Source: a virus
Reading direction: 5' to 3' (one strand)
DNA: 64,000 nt
Virus record (IMG/VR): IMGVR_UViG_3300012642_000011
Coordinates: 192,001-256,000 of that record
A model generated the notes under the pieces. The model saw nothing but the letters and a program-made list of their open reading frames with translations, did no database searches and was not told the DNA's origin. Below are positions 1-10,794 of this stretch, in pieces. A program made the translations under genes and the position numbers. Positions within the stretch are counted from its first letter, which is position 1, and the number at the start of each line of letters is the position of its first letter.

Positions 1-64
1 GGCTATGGCCTTACTCTGATTGTTTTTGTTAAAATAATGCTGAAACAGAGGAGAATGATAACTT

Positions 65-1057
65 ATGGCACCAAATTTGATTATACCAGATGATTATAGC
101 CCCGTGATTTCTTTAGATGAAGAGGGAATCCACGTGATTGACGAGAAAATTGCGGAGAAGTTGAACAAGAAGTCACTCTCTCCTTCTGCAGTCACGGCCC
201 TCTTGGGATGTCCTGCCAAGTTCCTCTTCTCAAGCTTTGTTGAGAGAGATGTCTTTGATGATAGTGGCAGCATGGCTGCAAAGAAAGGCTCCCTATTCCA
301 CAAAGTCATGGAAGATTTCTTTGCCCTGCCAAATCAAGAGAGAACACCTGAGAGAGTAAAAGAATTTGTCAACAGCACACTTCTGTCAAAAGAATTTTCC
401 TCTATGGCATCAGATGTAGAAGTGATTGCATGGCTTAGAGATGCTGTCAATGGCTACTATTCCATGGGGGCAAAACCTGAAAACGTTGAGATCGCTATGG
501 TTGACCTCGATCACAGAGGAAAACCAAAACCAGGATTGGAAGTCTTCATCAAAGGGCGAATTGGGGAAGCATCAAGAGATACTCTAGGTTTTATTGATAG
601 GCTTACGGTAGATAAGAAAAGCGATGGTAAATCAGTCATTGTCGAAGACTGGAAAACTGGCGAGAAAGCAAAAAGATATACTGTAGGAAGTAAAGATGAA
701 ATGGGTCTCGGAGAAGCAAGACAACAGGTGATATACAAGATCCTTCTAGAGCAAAAAGGAATCTCTGTATCCAAAGCAAGGCTGATTTTTCCTGTTGCCA
801 GAGATATCGTCAACGTTGACGTACACGATGAAAAATTCATCCAGAAAACTGTTAATGACGTAGAAGAAGCAGATAAGGTGCTTTCCAACTCTATTAAGAA
901 CAACACTTTTGAGTATGGCCCTAGTTTTCTGTGCGCATGGTGCCCATTAGTGAAGATTTGCCCTGCTGCAAACACCTCGCAGTTCAGAGGCGGTAAGCCA
1001 TTAAAAGCATTTGAATCCCAGCCGCCTGTAGAAGATCTTCAAAGAATTATTGCTTGA
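65..1057 (+). CDS. Cas4/RecB-family PD-(D/E)XK nuclease with 4-Cys Fe-S cluster
   Basis: Motifs VIVEDWKTG (RecB motif III, ExK), QQVIY (QxxxY), N-terminal Cys plus C-terminal CAWCPLVKIC (CX2CX5C) as in Cas4/AddB nuclease domains; RBS-spaced ATG. Confidence 0.6.
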   Translation: MAPNLIIPDDYSPVISLDEEGIHVIDEKIAEKLNKKSLSPSAVTALLGCPAKFLFSSFVERDVFDDSGSMAAKKGSLFHKVMEDFFALPNQERTPERVKEFVNSTLLSKEFSSMASDVEVIAWLRDAVNGYYSMGAKPENVEIAMVDLDHRGKPKPGLEVFIKGRIGEASRDTLGFIDRLTVDKKSDGKSVIVEDWKTGEKAKRYTVGSKDEMGLGEARQQVIYKILLEQKGISVSKARLIFPVARDIVNVDVHDEKFIQKTVNDVEEADKVLSNSIKNNTFEYGPSFLCAWCPLVKICPAANTSQFRGGKPLKAFESQPPVEDLQRIIA

Positions 1058-1105
1058 TGAGAGATATTCTTAATAATAAAAGTTCAATCATTCAAGGAGT
1101 AAGAT

Positions 1106-1366
1106 ATGAGCGTTGAAGTAGATCCCGCGTCAGGCAAGAGAATTGTTTACGTCAAAGAAAAAAGTCCCATACTGAAGATGGTCATTATCTGCGTAGTGTC
1201 TATGCTCTCTCTATGTTTCCTCGTTGTTCTTGCTGGCTTCATCATGGGACTCAATGGCATGTCAAAAGTACAAATGGACCCGCAAATAATCAATGACGCA
1301 ATTACATGGGCACAAGGAAAGGAACCTGAGCCACTTCCAGATGAATTAACTAAGGTTGATAAATGA
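1106..1366 (+). CDS. small membrane protein (one TM), unknown function
   Basis: ORF with RBS aaggag upstream; hydrophobic core VIICVVSMLSLCFLVVLAGFIMGL. Confidence 0.35.
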   Translation: MSVEVDPASGKRIVYVKEKSPILKMVIICVVSMLSLCFLVVLAGFIMGLNGMSKVQMDPQIINDAITWAQGKEPEPLPDELTKVDK

Positions 1367-1956
1367 CACTCATTAACAGGCAAAGAAAAACAGTAGAAAT
1401 TCCTCAAGACAGACCTCTTAAAGAAAAAGAGTACCAAAGGATTAAAAAATACGCTTACAATACTACGTTATGGTATGCACAGCGTTATCCCTCTGGGAAA
1501 TCAAAACTCATTGATAGACTCATCCGAAAAGGGTATCCTGTTGATGGTGTGATGGTTGAATCAGAAGATGGAGAAGAAGTTAACAAAGATGTCATTGCTG
1601 AAGTCATGCAATCTCTTCAAAGTGATAATGACGAATTGATGAATGAGCATAATATTGCTGAGAATGTGATTAATTCCTACCTTAGATCTGGCAAAAACGT
1701 TAAAAATGCATGGTTTAAATGTATGCAGAAGGGCGTGTCGAGGACAGTTTTTGATGAAGTTGTAGAAAAATATGTCACACAAGAAGATATAAATGATGCT
1801 CTTGACATAGCAGGTCGAAAAATTTTGAGATCGAGCACATACAAGAAGAAGGAAAAAGAGTTTGACAAGAGGAATACATTCTTGAAATCAATGATGACAA
1901 AGGGATTTGATTTCTCAGACGCATCGCAATGGTACGAAGATAACAAAGATGAATGA
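1363..1956 (+). CDS. hypothetical protein
   Basis: 197-aa ORF overlapping the previous stop (operon-like); no recognisable motifs. Confidence 0.4.
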   Translation: MTLINRQRKTVEIPQDRPLKEKEYQRIKKYAYNTTLWYAQRYPSGKSKLIDRLIRKGYPVDGVMVESEDGEEVNKDVIAEVMQSLQSDNDELMNEHNIAENVINSYLRSGKNVKNAWFKCMQKGVSRTVFDEVVEKYVTQEDINDALDIAGRKILRSSTYKKKEKEFDKRNTFLKSMMTKGFDFSDASQWYEDNKDE

Positions 1957-1974
1957 CACAAAGGTGATAGATAC

Positions 1975-2427
1975 ATGGATCTTGATACAGGAAGATTTTC
2001 AGTAAGAAAGGATTTCTTCAACAAAGTTATGATGGGTAAAAATGTCACACCCATCACCGCGTCAGAACAATTGATCCTGAAACAAACCAATAAACTAAAA
2101 GAGATACAAAGGTATCATGATCTCAATTTGTCATCTTTTGTGTTCGATGATCTCGCAAACTGTGTTTTTCCTGATGATGCCATCAAGTTCCTTGTAGAAT
2201 CATACAAGAAAGGGTTAGATGGGTATGCGATTGATATCATGGAAGCATGCCAACGACACAAGAGGAAGTTGTCATTTGATGATCTCATGGAGTCTTTGAC
2301 GATTGTTGCAACAGGTATGAGAACACCTATGATTACTGTAGAATTGTTGGGCGAAGAGGTAGTGGATAAGAACACAAAAAGATATGCTCAAAAGCAATCA
2401 ATTAACTTGGGAAATCTCCATATCTAA
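1975..2427 (+). CDS. hypothetical protein
   Basis: 150-aa ORF in same-strand operon. Confidence 0.35.
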   Translation: MDLDTGRFSVRKDFFNKVMMGKNVTPITASEQLILKQTNKLKEIQRYHDLNLSSFVFDDLANCVFPDDAIKFLVESYKKGLDGYAIDIMEACQRHKRKLSFDDLMESLTIVATGMRTPMITVELLGEEVVDKNTKRYAQKQSINLGNLHI

Positions 2428-2539
2428 TACTACTCAAAAAATTAAATCAACATGTGCCCATCAGAGGCACGAAATATGAGACTGTACGAACCTCTTCTTG
2501 ATAAAATAAGCGTAATGCTAAAGTACAAGGAGAAAATAG

Positions 2540-5299
2540 ATGTCGGATTCACTTTTTGACGCCTTTGATGGCTTTGATGAAAAAACAGACGAGAATAATG
2601 AAGTAGCACAGGATAAGACAACCTCTGTAGAGGACAACCAGAAGAGCGATCAGACCTCATTAGAAGGCATCAGGAAGGCCGCTAGAGACGCTGATGAGAG
2701 GTACACAGAGGAAAGCGACACAGGCAACACTGTAGCCCGTTATACGGCCACTGGTGAGATCCTGACATCAGAGGGAGAGATCATTGACCCCATTACTATT
2801 CCTGATGATAGTGATGAAGAGATGGATGAAGATCCTGACGAAACAGATTTCGCCAAAGAAGTCATCAAAAAGGATGGATCAATCTGGCTTCCTGAAGAGT
2901 ATGAACCTTACACCAAAATGGTTTTGACAGATCGTGCCTTTGCTGATTCTGACGGTCAGAAGCCTGTTAACAGAAGAATCCTTTGGAGCATGTACCAGAC
3001 CAAGGCTACAAGTCAGGATAAGCACGTTAAGGCCGCTAAGATTGTCGGTAACACTATGGGTTCCTATCACCCCCACGGTGATGCAGCAATCTCTGATGCC
3101 CTTGCACGTATGGCGCAGTCCTTTGTTAACAGAGTTCCCCTTGTTGACCCTGAAGGAACAGTTGGAAAGGTAGCAGGAGATGAGGCTGCTGCACCACGTT
3201 ATTGGGAAGCAAGACTCACACCTGCCGCAATGGAACTTCTTTCTGAAGTAAACCAAGGTGCTGCCGTCATGATTGACAGTTATGACGGAGAGAATCAAAT
3301 CCCCGCTATTCTACCATCTCGTTGGCCTGCACTTATTGTCAATGGAACAAGTGGTATTGGTGTTGGGTATGCGTCCAACGTCCCACCTCACAACCCTTCT
3401 GAAGTGATGGATGCTGTAATTGCTTACATCCGAAACCCAGAGATCAGTGTAGATGAAATCCTCAAAATCTCTAAGGGTCCAGACTTCCCTGACGGCGGTG
3501 TAGTTGAAGGTATCGACGGAATCAAGAACTACTATGAAACAGGTAGAGGAACCTTTTATATTAAGGCTCATTATGAGATTGAATATCCTAAGAAGGGGCT
3601 TGCGAAGATTATATTCACAGACATTCCTTATGGTGTGTCAGCAGAGGCTATCAAGAAGAAGGTTCAATCCCTTATTGATCCTAAGCCTACTTCAAAAAAT
3701 AAAAAACCTAAGCCAAATGAGATTCTTGCCAAAGGTCTTTCTTCAATAGAAGATCTCAGTGATAAAGAGACCAACGGAATCCTTATCGAATGCACTGTCA
3801 ACGTAGGGCACAACCCTAAAGATATTGCACGAGAACTGATGGACAAAACGCCATTGAAAACGTCATTCTCTGTCAACAGTAACATTCTTGTTGATGGAAA
3901 AGTTGAGCAAGCATCCATCTTCGACATGATTAGGATCTTTGTTGACTCACGCAGAATCTCAACTGTAAGAAGGCTTGATACAAGGATTGAGAAGATCAGT
4001 GACAAGGTTCATCAACTTGAAGGAATCTTGCTTGCCCTTGTTGACCTTGACAAAGTGATCAAGATTATCCGAGGATCAGAGTCTCAAGCAGAAGCCAAGG
4101 CTGAATTGGTCAAGGAAATGAAACTTTCTGATTCTCAGGCTGATTATATTCTTGCAATGCAGTTGAGAAGGTTGACAAAATCTGATGCTCACGCTATCGA
4201 GAGCGAAAAGAAAGAACTTGATGCAGAAGTCGAGGAGATCAATCGTATTCTTTCAACACCTGAATTGCTTGATGAAAACATCATTGAGGAACTCTTGAAG
4301 ACAAAGAAAGTCATTGATTCTGAAAGAAGAACAACAATTCTTGATGTCACAACAAAAGATGTTGCTGAAAGAAAGAAGAAGGCGCTTCAGATGAGCAGGA
4401 ACGTGTCTAAGAACATTGATTGCTACATTACGAGATTTGCCAATGGACACTTCTTGAAAACCTATGAACCCTTTACCTATGATGACGAGAAGTACAAAAG
4501 AACTCTTGATCACACCCCTGCAATAGAGCAGATCAAGACGAAAACTCAGGAAACTATTGTCATTGTCACCAGTGAGGGAAATGGTCACAGAATCCCTGTT
4601 TCTTACATTCCTGATGACGTTGCTCTTGGTATTCATGCTTTTGGATTGGAGGAGGTCAACCCTGATGAGATAGTTGTAGGAATCTCAAAGGACAAGGTAG
4701 CGCCCAGGGCTAAAGATGTTGGTCTTGCTATCGCTACATCCAATGGTGGAATTAAGATCACCAAGGCAGGAGACTACCCCACAAAGGATACTTTCCCTGT
4801 CATCTCTCTTGCAGAGGGAGAAAAGGTTGTTGGATGCAGATGGATCAGCACACAGGATGACTTGTTGTTCTCTATGGTTTCATCAGATGGAAACATTATT
4901 CTCTTTGAATCATCCAGTGTCAGACCAGCGGGACATAAGGCTGGTTCTGTTAAGGGAATGAAATTGAAGAATGATGATTCTCAGGTGATCTATTTCAATA
5001 CTGTCAACCCTGAAGCAGAAATGAATGTTGTGATCACGCTCTCTGACAAGACCATCAAGCAAACTGGACTGCATGAGATCACAATTAAAGGTCGCGGTGG
5101 AATGGGTGTAGCAACACAGGGATTCCGAAAAGGTGAAGGAAAACTCATTGATGCTTTCGTTGGAAGCAAACCAGTGATTTCTACAGCATCTGATACACAC
5201 GGAAGAATGCTTCTTCCTCAGTTGAAGGCAAGGTCTGTATCAGGAGACCCATTTGAGATGAAAGTTCTTCTTGGGGAAACATCTCCTGAGATAGTGTGA
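2540..5299 (+). CDS. type IIA topoisomerase subunit A (GyrA/ParC-like) with about 140-aa acidic N-terminal extension
   Basis: GyrA/ParC signature block VNRRILWSMYQ...GNTMGSYHPHGDAAISDALARMAQSF..RVPLVDPEGTVG; active-site Tyr in AAAPRYWEARL (Tyr221, nt 3200-3202); C-terminal repeated blades resembling the GyrA beta-pinwheel; no GyrB-like ORF in window. Confidence 0.75.
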   Translation: MSDSLFDAFDGFDEKTDENNEVAQDKTTSVEDNQKSDQTSLEGIRKAARDADERYTEESDTGNTVARYTATGEILTSEGEIIDPITIPDDSDEEMDEDPDETDFAKEVIKKDGSIWLPEEYEPYTKMVLTDRAFADSDGQKPVNRRILWSMYQTKATSQDKHVKAAKIVGNTMGSYHPHGDAAISDALARMAQSFVNRVPLVDPEGTVGKVAGDEAAAPRYWEARLTPAAMELLSEVNQGAAVMIDSYDGENQIPAILPSRWPALIVNGTSGIGVGYASNVPPHNPSEVMDAVIAYIRNPEISVDEILKISKGPDFPDGGVVEGIDGIKNYYETGRGTFYIKAHYEIEYPKKGLAKIIFTDIPYGVSAEAIKKKVQSLIDPKPTSKNKKPKPNEILAKGLSSIEDLSDKETNGILIECTVNVGHNPKDIARELMDKTPLKTSFSVNSNILVDGKVEQASIFDMIRIFVDSRRISTVRRLDTRIEKISDKVHQLEGILLALVDLDKVIKIIRGSESQAEAKAELVKEMKLSDSQADYILAMQLRRLTKSDAHAIESEKKELDAEVEEINRILSTPELLDENIIEELLKTKKVIDSERRTTILDVTTKDVAERKKKALQMSRNVSKNIDCYITRFANGHFLKTYEPFTYDDEKYKRTLDHTPAIEQIKTKTQETIVIVTSEGNGHRIPVSYIPDDVALGIHAFGLEEVNPDEIVVGISKDKVAPRAKDVGLAIATSNGGIKITKAGDYPTKDTFPVISLAEGEKVVGCRWISTQDDLLFSMVSSDGNIILFESSSVRPAGHKAGSVKGMKLKNDDSQVIYFNTVNPEAEMNVVITLSDKTIKQTGLHEITIKGRGGMGVATQGFRKGEGKLIDAFVGSKPVISTASDTHGRMLLPQLKARSVSGDPFEMKVLLGETSPEIV

Positions 5300-5345
5300 C
5301 ATTCCGATATTTCCTTTAAATTGCTAAAGAAAAGGAAATATCTAT

Positions 5346-6296
5346 ATGTCTTTACAGAAGAGTATGACCCATGATTGTGATGAAGAATGCTTCGGGCACA
5401 AAATAGTTCATAGGATAGTCCACAAAGACAGAGATTCTGGCTTCATGGGTTATACTCATGCGCTTAGCGCGTTGGCTGTAGTTACTTTGTCATTAGGCAT
5501 TATCGGATTGGCTTTTGGCGACTTGAAGAATTTTCTTGAATCCACTATTGGCAGTTCTGTGTTCCCTGTTATTATTCTTTCAATCAACGCTGTCTTGGGT
5601 TCAGTTATGTTAAATGACCTTGACAACACATCATCAAGGGCAAGAAACGATCTTGGACTCTTTGGCGTTGCTATCAGTGGTCTCTTCAGGGGAACTTCCC
5701 TTGTCGTCCAGAACACAGTGAGAACAAAGCGTGACCCCGCCGAACCCAACCCACACAGAGGGTTCTATCACACGCTTCCTGGCGCAGCATTGATTTCCTT
5801 GCTCGTATTGCTTGGAACAAGACTTGATCACGAGATATCTTTAAGCATGATCCCTAATCAACCTGTAGTCACTCTAGGTTGGCTGATCGGCATGGTCACT
5901 GTGTTCATTCTCACACACCTTGCTCTGTCAACTCTTGCTAAAGAATACATGGACAAAGTAAGAAAATCAGCCCTCATGGGAGAAGTGATTGCTTTTGGTA
6001 TCTCAGCAGTCATCTCCATTGCATTACTTCTTTCTGTCCCCCAAGGAATCGACTTCTGGTGGCTCTCTGTTGCCATCTTCATCGGTATGACAATTCACGT
6101 CATGGGAGACATTTTCACCACAGCAGGCGCCCCAATCTGGTTCCCCATCCCTATCAACGGAAAAATGTGGTGGAACGTCAGATTGAGTACAATCAAAGCA
6201 GGCGGTGACTTTGAGAACAAAATCCTCGTCAAACTCCTTACAGTATTGTCCGTGATAGGAATTATTTTGACCACTATTGCGTTGATCAAAATGTGA
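5346..6296 (+). CDS. polytopic membrane protein, DUF457/YdjM-like membrane-bound metal-dependent hydrolase (tentative)
   Basis: N-terminal GYTHALSALAV motif followed by multiple TM segments. Confidence 0.35.
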   Translation: MSLQKSMTHDCDEECFGHKIVHRIVHKDRDSGFMGYTHALSALAVVTLSLGIIGLAFGDLKNFLESTIGSSVFPVIILSINAVLGSVMLNDLDNTSSRARNDLGLFGVAISGLFRGTSLVVQNTVRTKRDPAEPNPHRGFYHTLPGAALISLLVLLGTRLDHEISLSMIPNQPVVTLGWLIGMVTVFILTHLALSTLAKEYMDKVRKSALMGEVIAFGISAVISIALLLSVPQGIDFWWLSVAIFIGMTIHVMGDIFTTAGAPIWFPIPINGKMWWNVRLSTIKAGGDFENKILVKLLTVLSVIGIILTTIALIKM

Positions 6297-6374
6297 ACAA
6301 TTTATAAAAGTAAATTAAATTCTTTACCATTGTTTAGATAAACAATAAACTTATTTCTCATGGGAAGGTAAATC

Positions 6375-6929
6375 GTGAAATTCCACATCAACAATAATAA
6401 CGAAGCCAAAAGATGTAGAGCAAAAACCGATGCTTCCTGCCGTTTTGCTTCTAACGATGAAAACCAACACTTCTCTACCCAGAAAGAAGCAGAGCAAGAA
6501 ATCGAAAGAAGAAATAAAACAAGGGAAAAAGCATCCCAAGAACAAAAGACCTTTAATGCTAGGAAAAACAGGATTGCAACAGCACTGGAATCTTTTGGCG
6601 GCATCGATAAGAAGAATCTCGCCCCTGTAAAGAATGAAAAAGAAATGATCAATAAATGGTTCAATGAAGACAAAGAAACTTTTAACCAGTTCATCACCCA
6701 CGTCAACAATGACAAAATAAGTGATCAAACCAAGAAATTCATTGGAACCATGACCATCAAAGGGTTGAACATCGATACCGAAAGCAAAGCCACAGACATC
6801 TCCATGGATAAGTCATGGGATACTGATAGTAACATCAGTCACCTCACTTTCATCGAAGAAGATGATGACAAGGAAACACTTGACAGCATTCTATCAGGAA
6901 AAGAGAAAGCATTCAGTTTCTCCCACTGA
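6375..6929 (+). CDS. hypothetical K/E-rich protein
   Basis: 184-aa ORF; start uncertain. Confidence 0.3.
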   Translation: MKFHINNNNEAKRCRAKTDASCRFASNDENQHFSTQKEAEQEIERRNKTREKASQEQKTFNARKNRIATALESFGGIDKKNLAPVKNEKEMINKWFNEDKETFNQFITHVNNDKISDQTKKFIGTMTIKGLNIDTESKATDISMDKSWDTDSNISHLTFIEEDDDKETLDSILSGKEKAFSFSH

Positions 6930-7008
6930 CCTTATAGTATTTAAAACCAATCGACCATACACGAATTCACCTTATAATTGCTTTCGTCTCACTTTGGTAT
7001 AATCAATC

Positions 7009-8412
7009 ATGGCTAAAAGAGATATAAAAACATACGTACATATTTGCGGTTATGAAAAGAGATCCGCAAACAGACCATCAGGACTCTGCCCGCAATGTGG
7101 AACATACATCACCGATGAGTCCATCAGGGTTGTATCTGATGCGCCTGAAGGAGAAAAGATCTCTACAGGTCTTAAAACGCGATCCACAGGAAGCATTGAA
7201 ACCAGAGCATCCAGCATCAACGAAATCAAAGGGACAGTTCTTGAAAGATTCCAAACAGGTATCGAAGAACTGGATAGAGTTCTGGGTGGTGGCTTTGTCA
7301 CAGGAGAAGTTGTCCTTCTTTCTGGTTTCCCCGGATCAGGAAAGTCCACGCTCAGTTTAAGGATCGCTGAAGAGTTCGCTAAGAGGTCAGGAACAGTTCT
7401 CTACTCATCAGGTGAGGAATCCGTACAGCAGATCGGTATGAGGGCTATGAGAATGAATGTTGACAATGATAACATCAAAGTCATCAATGAAACGAACCTT
7501 TCTACCTTGCATGCTCATATTATGGAAGAAAAACCAAAGTTCATTGTAGTTGACTCCCTACAGACTATTGCATCTGATGATGTCAATTCATCCATTGGTT
7601 CTATTGCACAATCTAAAGAAGCCGCACACTTCCTTACAGCACTTGCAAAGAAGCACGACATCACAATGGTTCTGATTTCACAGGTATCAAAGTCAGGAGA
7701 TTTCTCAGGATCAGAAGCAATTCAGCACATCGTTGACTGTACTCTCATGCTTGAATCTGACAGCAACAGCCCATTGAAGTTCCTCCGAGCAAAGAAGAAC
7801 AGATTTGGAGATACATCTGAAGTCGGAATCTTCCAGCATTCAGATGAAGGACTTACTGAAGTCTCAGACCCCAGTGGAATCTTAATTGATGAAGATGAAG
7901 ATGCCATTCAAGGCGTATCAAGAACTTTCATCAGCGAAGGTGTAAGGCAGATTCCCGTGGAGATACACTCACTGGTCACATCAGAAGCATTCTTCACCAA
8001 TCCGAGGATCACATTTGAAGGCGCAGACTACGGCAGAGGACAAATGATCATTGCAGCAATGAATAAGTACTGCAACCTCAGACTCCAAGATCACGATGTA
8101 TTCGTTGGAACAGTCTCAGGACTCAAAGTACATGATCCCATGTCTGACCTTGCTATTGCTGCAGCTATCATGTCCTCCTTAAAAGACATCAAGAGTAAGA
8201 ACAGAACTGCCTATGTGGGTGAAGTCACACTAACGGGTCAAATACGAGGATCATTCATGATGGAGCAAAAGATCAAAGAAGCAGAAAGACTTGGATTTGA
8301 TCGTATTATTATTCCAGACACCTCCTACAAAAGCATTGACCTCAAGAAGTTCCAGAAAATCAAAATCATTGGAATAAAAAACATTTACGAACTAAAATCA
8401 AAGATTGTATGA
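7009..8412 (+). CDS. radA: DNA repair protein RadA/Sms
   Basis: N-terminal C4 zinc finger (CGYEKRSANRPSGLCPQCGTY), Walker A GFPGSGKST, bacterial RadA KNRFG motif (AKKNRFGDTSE), C-terminal Lon-protease-like domain. Confidence 0.85.
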   Translation: MAKRDIKTYVHICGYEKRSANRPSGLCPQCGTYITDESIRVVSDAPEGEKISTGLKTRSTGSIETRASSINEIKGTVLERFQTGIEELDRVLGGGFVTGEVVLLSGFPGSGKSTLSLRIAEEFAKRSGTVLYSSGEESVQQIGMRAMRMNVDNDNIKVINETNLSTLHAHIMEEKPKFIVVDSLQTIASDDVNSSIGSIAQSKEAAHFLTALAKKHDITMVLISQVSKSGDFSGSEAIQHIVDCTLMLESDSNSPLKFLRAKKNRFGDTSEVGIFQHSDEGLTEVSDPSGILIDEDEDAIQGVSRTFISEGVRQIPVEIHSLVTSEAFFTNPRITFEGADYGRGQMIIAAMNKYCNLRLQDHDVFVGTVSGLKVHDPMSDLAIAAAIMSSLKDIKSKNRTAYVGEVTLTGQIRGSFMMEQKIKEAERLGFDRIIIPDTSYKSIDLKKFQKIKIIGIKNIYELKSKIV

Positions 8413-8475
8413 TGATTTTTCTACCTTTCCTTGATATAAATTCTGAGTAACTTTAAAACAAGACAGCCAGAAAAG

Positions 8476-8913
8476 GTGATTAAATTTATGACTTCGAATA
8501 ACCATTTCAACGATGATGACTGGGATGATCTTCCAGATGAAGAAGAGGACACAGAGCACAGTGATGACGTGTGGGTAACTGACCCTAAAACGGGAAAAAG
8601 ATATAAGAAAATTCACGGTGTAGAATCAGACAAAATAAAGAACTTTATCAAAAGCAAAGGGAATCTTAGCCTTCAACAGATGAAATCTATGATTAAAGAG
8701 GATGACGATGTGAACGGATTCTTCGATCTTGAAGAATCTGCAAAGATATTTCTACCCCATTTGCAAGTGCCACCCACAAAGAAAGAACTCAGCGAACTCA
8801 GAAGAGAAAAACGCGAAAACCAGAAGAAGCAACTTGAAGAGTATAAGAAAGAACAGTTGAGTATCAAGAACAGTAATAGTAAAAAGAATAATTCACCTGA
8901 TGACGACGAATAA
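8476..8913 (+). CDS. acidic hypothetical protein
   Basis: 145-aa ORF, D/E-rich N-terminus, K/E-rich C-terminus. Confidence 0.4.
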   Translation: MIKFMTSNNHFNDDDWDDLPDEEEDTEHSDDVWVTDPKTGKRYKKIHGVESDKIKNFIKSKGNLSLQQMKSMIKEDDDVNGFFDLEESAKIFLPHLQVPPTKKELSELRREKRENQKKQLEEYKKEQLSIKNSNSKKNNSPDDDE

Positions 8914-8971
8914 TTTATCCATATTTTAGAAAATAGTTCATCATCAAATTTAGTACTCAGGAGTATCTTAC

Positions 8972-9172
8972 ATGTCTAAAGCAGTTGAACAAACCAAAGG
9001 AGCATTTAAAGCAATGTTCTTCTTTGCCTTTATTGCAGTCTTCATTATAATGGTGCTGGCAGCATTCAACTATGATCTTGAAGTACTGGTCATGTGGGTT
9101 GCAAACAAGATAGTGGCAATTGGAGAATGGTTCTCAAATCTCGAATTCATCAGGAACTTCTTCCAAGCCTGA
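8972..9172 (+). CDS. small hydrophobic protein (possible Flp-type pilin or membrane peptide)
   Basis: 66 aa, strong SD caggagtatcttacATG, single long hydrophobic helix. Confidence 0.3.
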   Translation: MSKAVEQTKGAFKAMFFFAFIAVFIIMVLAAFNYDLEVLVMWVANKIVAIGEWFSNLEFIRNFFQA

Positions 9173-9304
9173 CTCCTTAACAAAAATATTAAATATCTTT
9201 CTCTGACCTCTCTGATATCATGTGTATCAGAGAGGTCATCTTGTTATAATAACGGTGTAACAAGCTCGATACAAGTTTAAGTCCGAAAAAGGAGAGCAAA
9301 TAAA

Positions 9305-10285
9305 ATGAGCGAGAACACAGCCACATACATGGAACGACCATTCATCTCTTACGACGCACCAGATAATGATGGTGTAAGAGAAGAAATCAAGGTTACTAAG
9401 GGAACAGCCGTCGTTGATAACAGGCAAGAGATCGCTAAAATGGTCAAATACCATTTCATTGCAGACAACCTTAAAAAGCATAATGGATTTCCAGCATCCA
9501 TCTCCAAAGATGATAAAGAAATCATTAGAATTCTTGACGAATCACTTGAAAACGGTACACCTGTCTACGTCCGAAAGGAAACCGTCAGGGATCGTAAGAA
9601 GCATACTGATCGCTCTGTCCCCATCGAAGACATCAAGGACAATGAGAAATTTGCTAGAGTTGCAGCAGTGAAGGATGAAAACGGAGAGTACATTTTCGCC
9701 TCCAACAACATGGCTTTAACCAATCCTAAGGAAGATCCCGTCACTGGACCCAAGTCAGCATTGGACATGGAAATCCCTGATGAGATTCCTGTAAACAACG
9801 CCAAACAGTCTTTCTCAAGTCGCAACACCCATGCTGTCGAACTTCCCGCATGGGAGAAGGAGAACAGAGATGGTGCATCTAATCCCGGATCATTTGTAAC
9901 ACAAGCCAATGTATCAGCATACTTCTTTGCTGTAGAAAAACTCAAGGCTGCTGGACTCAGCACCGATCATGAAGATGTTCTCCCTGTTGCAGAAGAGATC
10001 CTTCGTGCTGCCGACATTCTTCAGTTGCTTGTTTACAAGAAAACAGAAGGCAGAGAAGATGTCCTTGACAGTGCAGACAGGTCAATCAACTCTCACTCCC
10101 GCGCACGACATATCATTTTCGAGATGATCAACAATCTTCACCCCATCACTGAAGATGCTGTTGAGGCTATCAAGAACAAGGAGAAGGCAACAGTACCAAC
10201 CCCTTGGATGAAGGAAATCATTAGTGCTTCCAAGGTTATTTTCTTCTGGTCAAATGGATATGACGAGAGTGGCACTGCCTTCTGA
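9305..10285 (+). CDS. hypothetical protein
   Basis: 326-aa ORF with RBS; followed by intrinsic terminator. Confidence 0.45.
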   Translation: MSENTATYMERPFISYDAPDNDGVREEIKVTKGTAVVDNRQEIAKMVKYHFIADNLKKHNGFPASISKDDKEIIRILDESLENGTPVYVRKETVRDRKKHTDRSVPIEDIKDNEKFARVAAVKDENGEYIFASNNMALTNPKEDPVTGPKSALDMEIPDEIPVNNAKQSFSSRNTHAVELPAWEKENRDGASNPGSFVTQANVSAYFFAVEKLKAAGLSTDHEDVLPVAEEILRAADILQLLVYKKTEGREDVLDSADRSINSHSRARHIIFEMINNLHPITEDAVEAIKNKEKATVPTPWMKEIISASKVIFFWSNGYDESGTAF

Positions 10286-10295
10286 TATCGCACAC

Positions 10296-10336
10296 CTATA
10301 GAAAAACCCCCAATTATTTGGGGGTTTTTCTTTGCT
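10296..10336 (+). terminator. rho-independent terminator
   Basis: aaaaacccccaattatttgggggttttt hairpin with T-tract. Confidence 0.7.
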
Positions 10337-10411
10337 CTAAAGTATAATTCTTTAATTATTTATTTCTGATATTTTTGATTGTAACTTTACAATAAAGTTA
10401 TAACTGTTTCC

Positions 10412-10750
10412 ATGGAACTACTAACAGGAATTGATAACATGAAGAATTTCTTTAACAACATTGAGTCTGTTATCGCTGCATCCAAGGCTCAGGAAGAGCA
10501 GGATCGCGCAGACCTCGTACAGACAATCATCATCATCGCCGGATTCGCAATTGCTGCAATCGCAGTTGTTGGTTGGATCTCAACCGCTCTCTTCGGAATC
10601 GGTGCTGACACTGCTAGGTGCATCACTGGTGTACAGACATATGGCGGATCAGCTGCTACAACACAGGAGAACTGTGAGGCTCAGGGTAACGCTGCGAAAG
10701 CTGATGGTCAAATCACTAATGACGCAGCATACAAAGGCCGCTTTGGCTGA
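10412..10750 (+). CDS. small membrane protein, possible pilin-like subunit
   Basis: TM helix IIIIAGFAIAAIAVVGWISTALF followed by G/A/T-rich tail; start may be the internal Met at 10439. Confidence 0.3.
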   Translation: MELLTGIDNMKNFFNNIESVIAASKAQEEQDRADLVQTIIIIAGFAIAAIAVVGWISTALFGIGADTARCITGVQTYGGSAATTQENCEAQGNAAKADGQITNDAAYKGRFG

Positions 10751-10794
10751 TACCAATAAAGGTCAGGGACTGGTTCATCTGATCTGAAGTTTCA

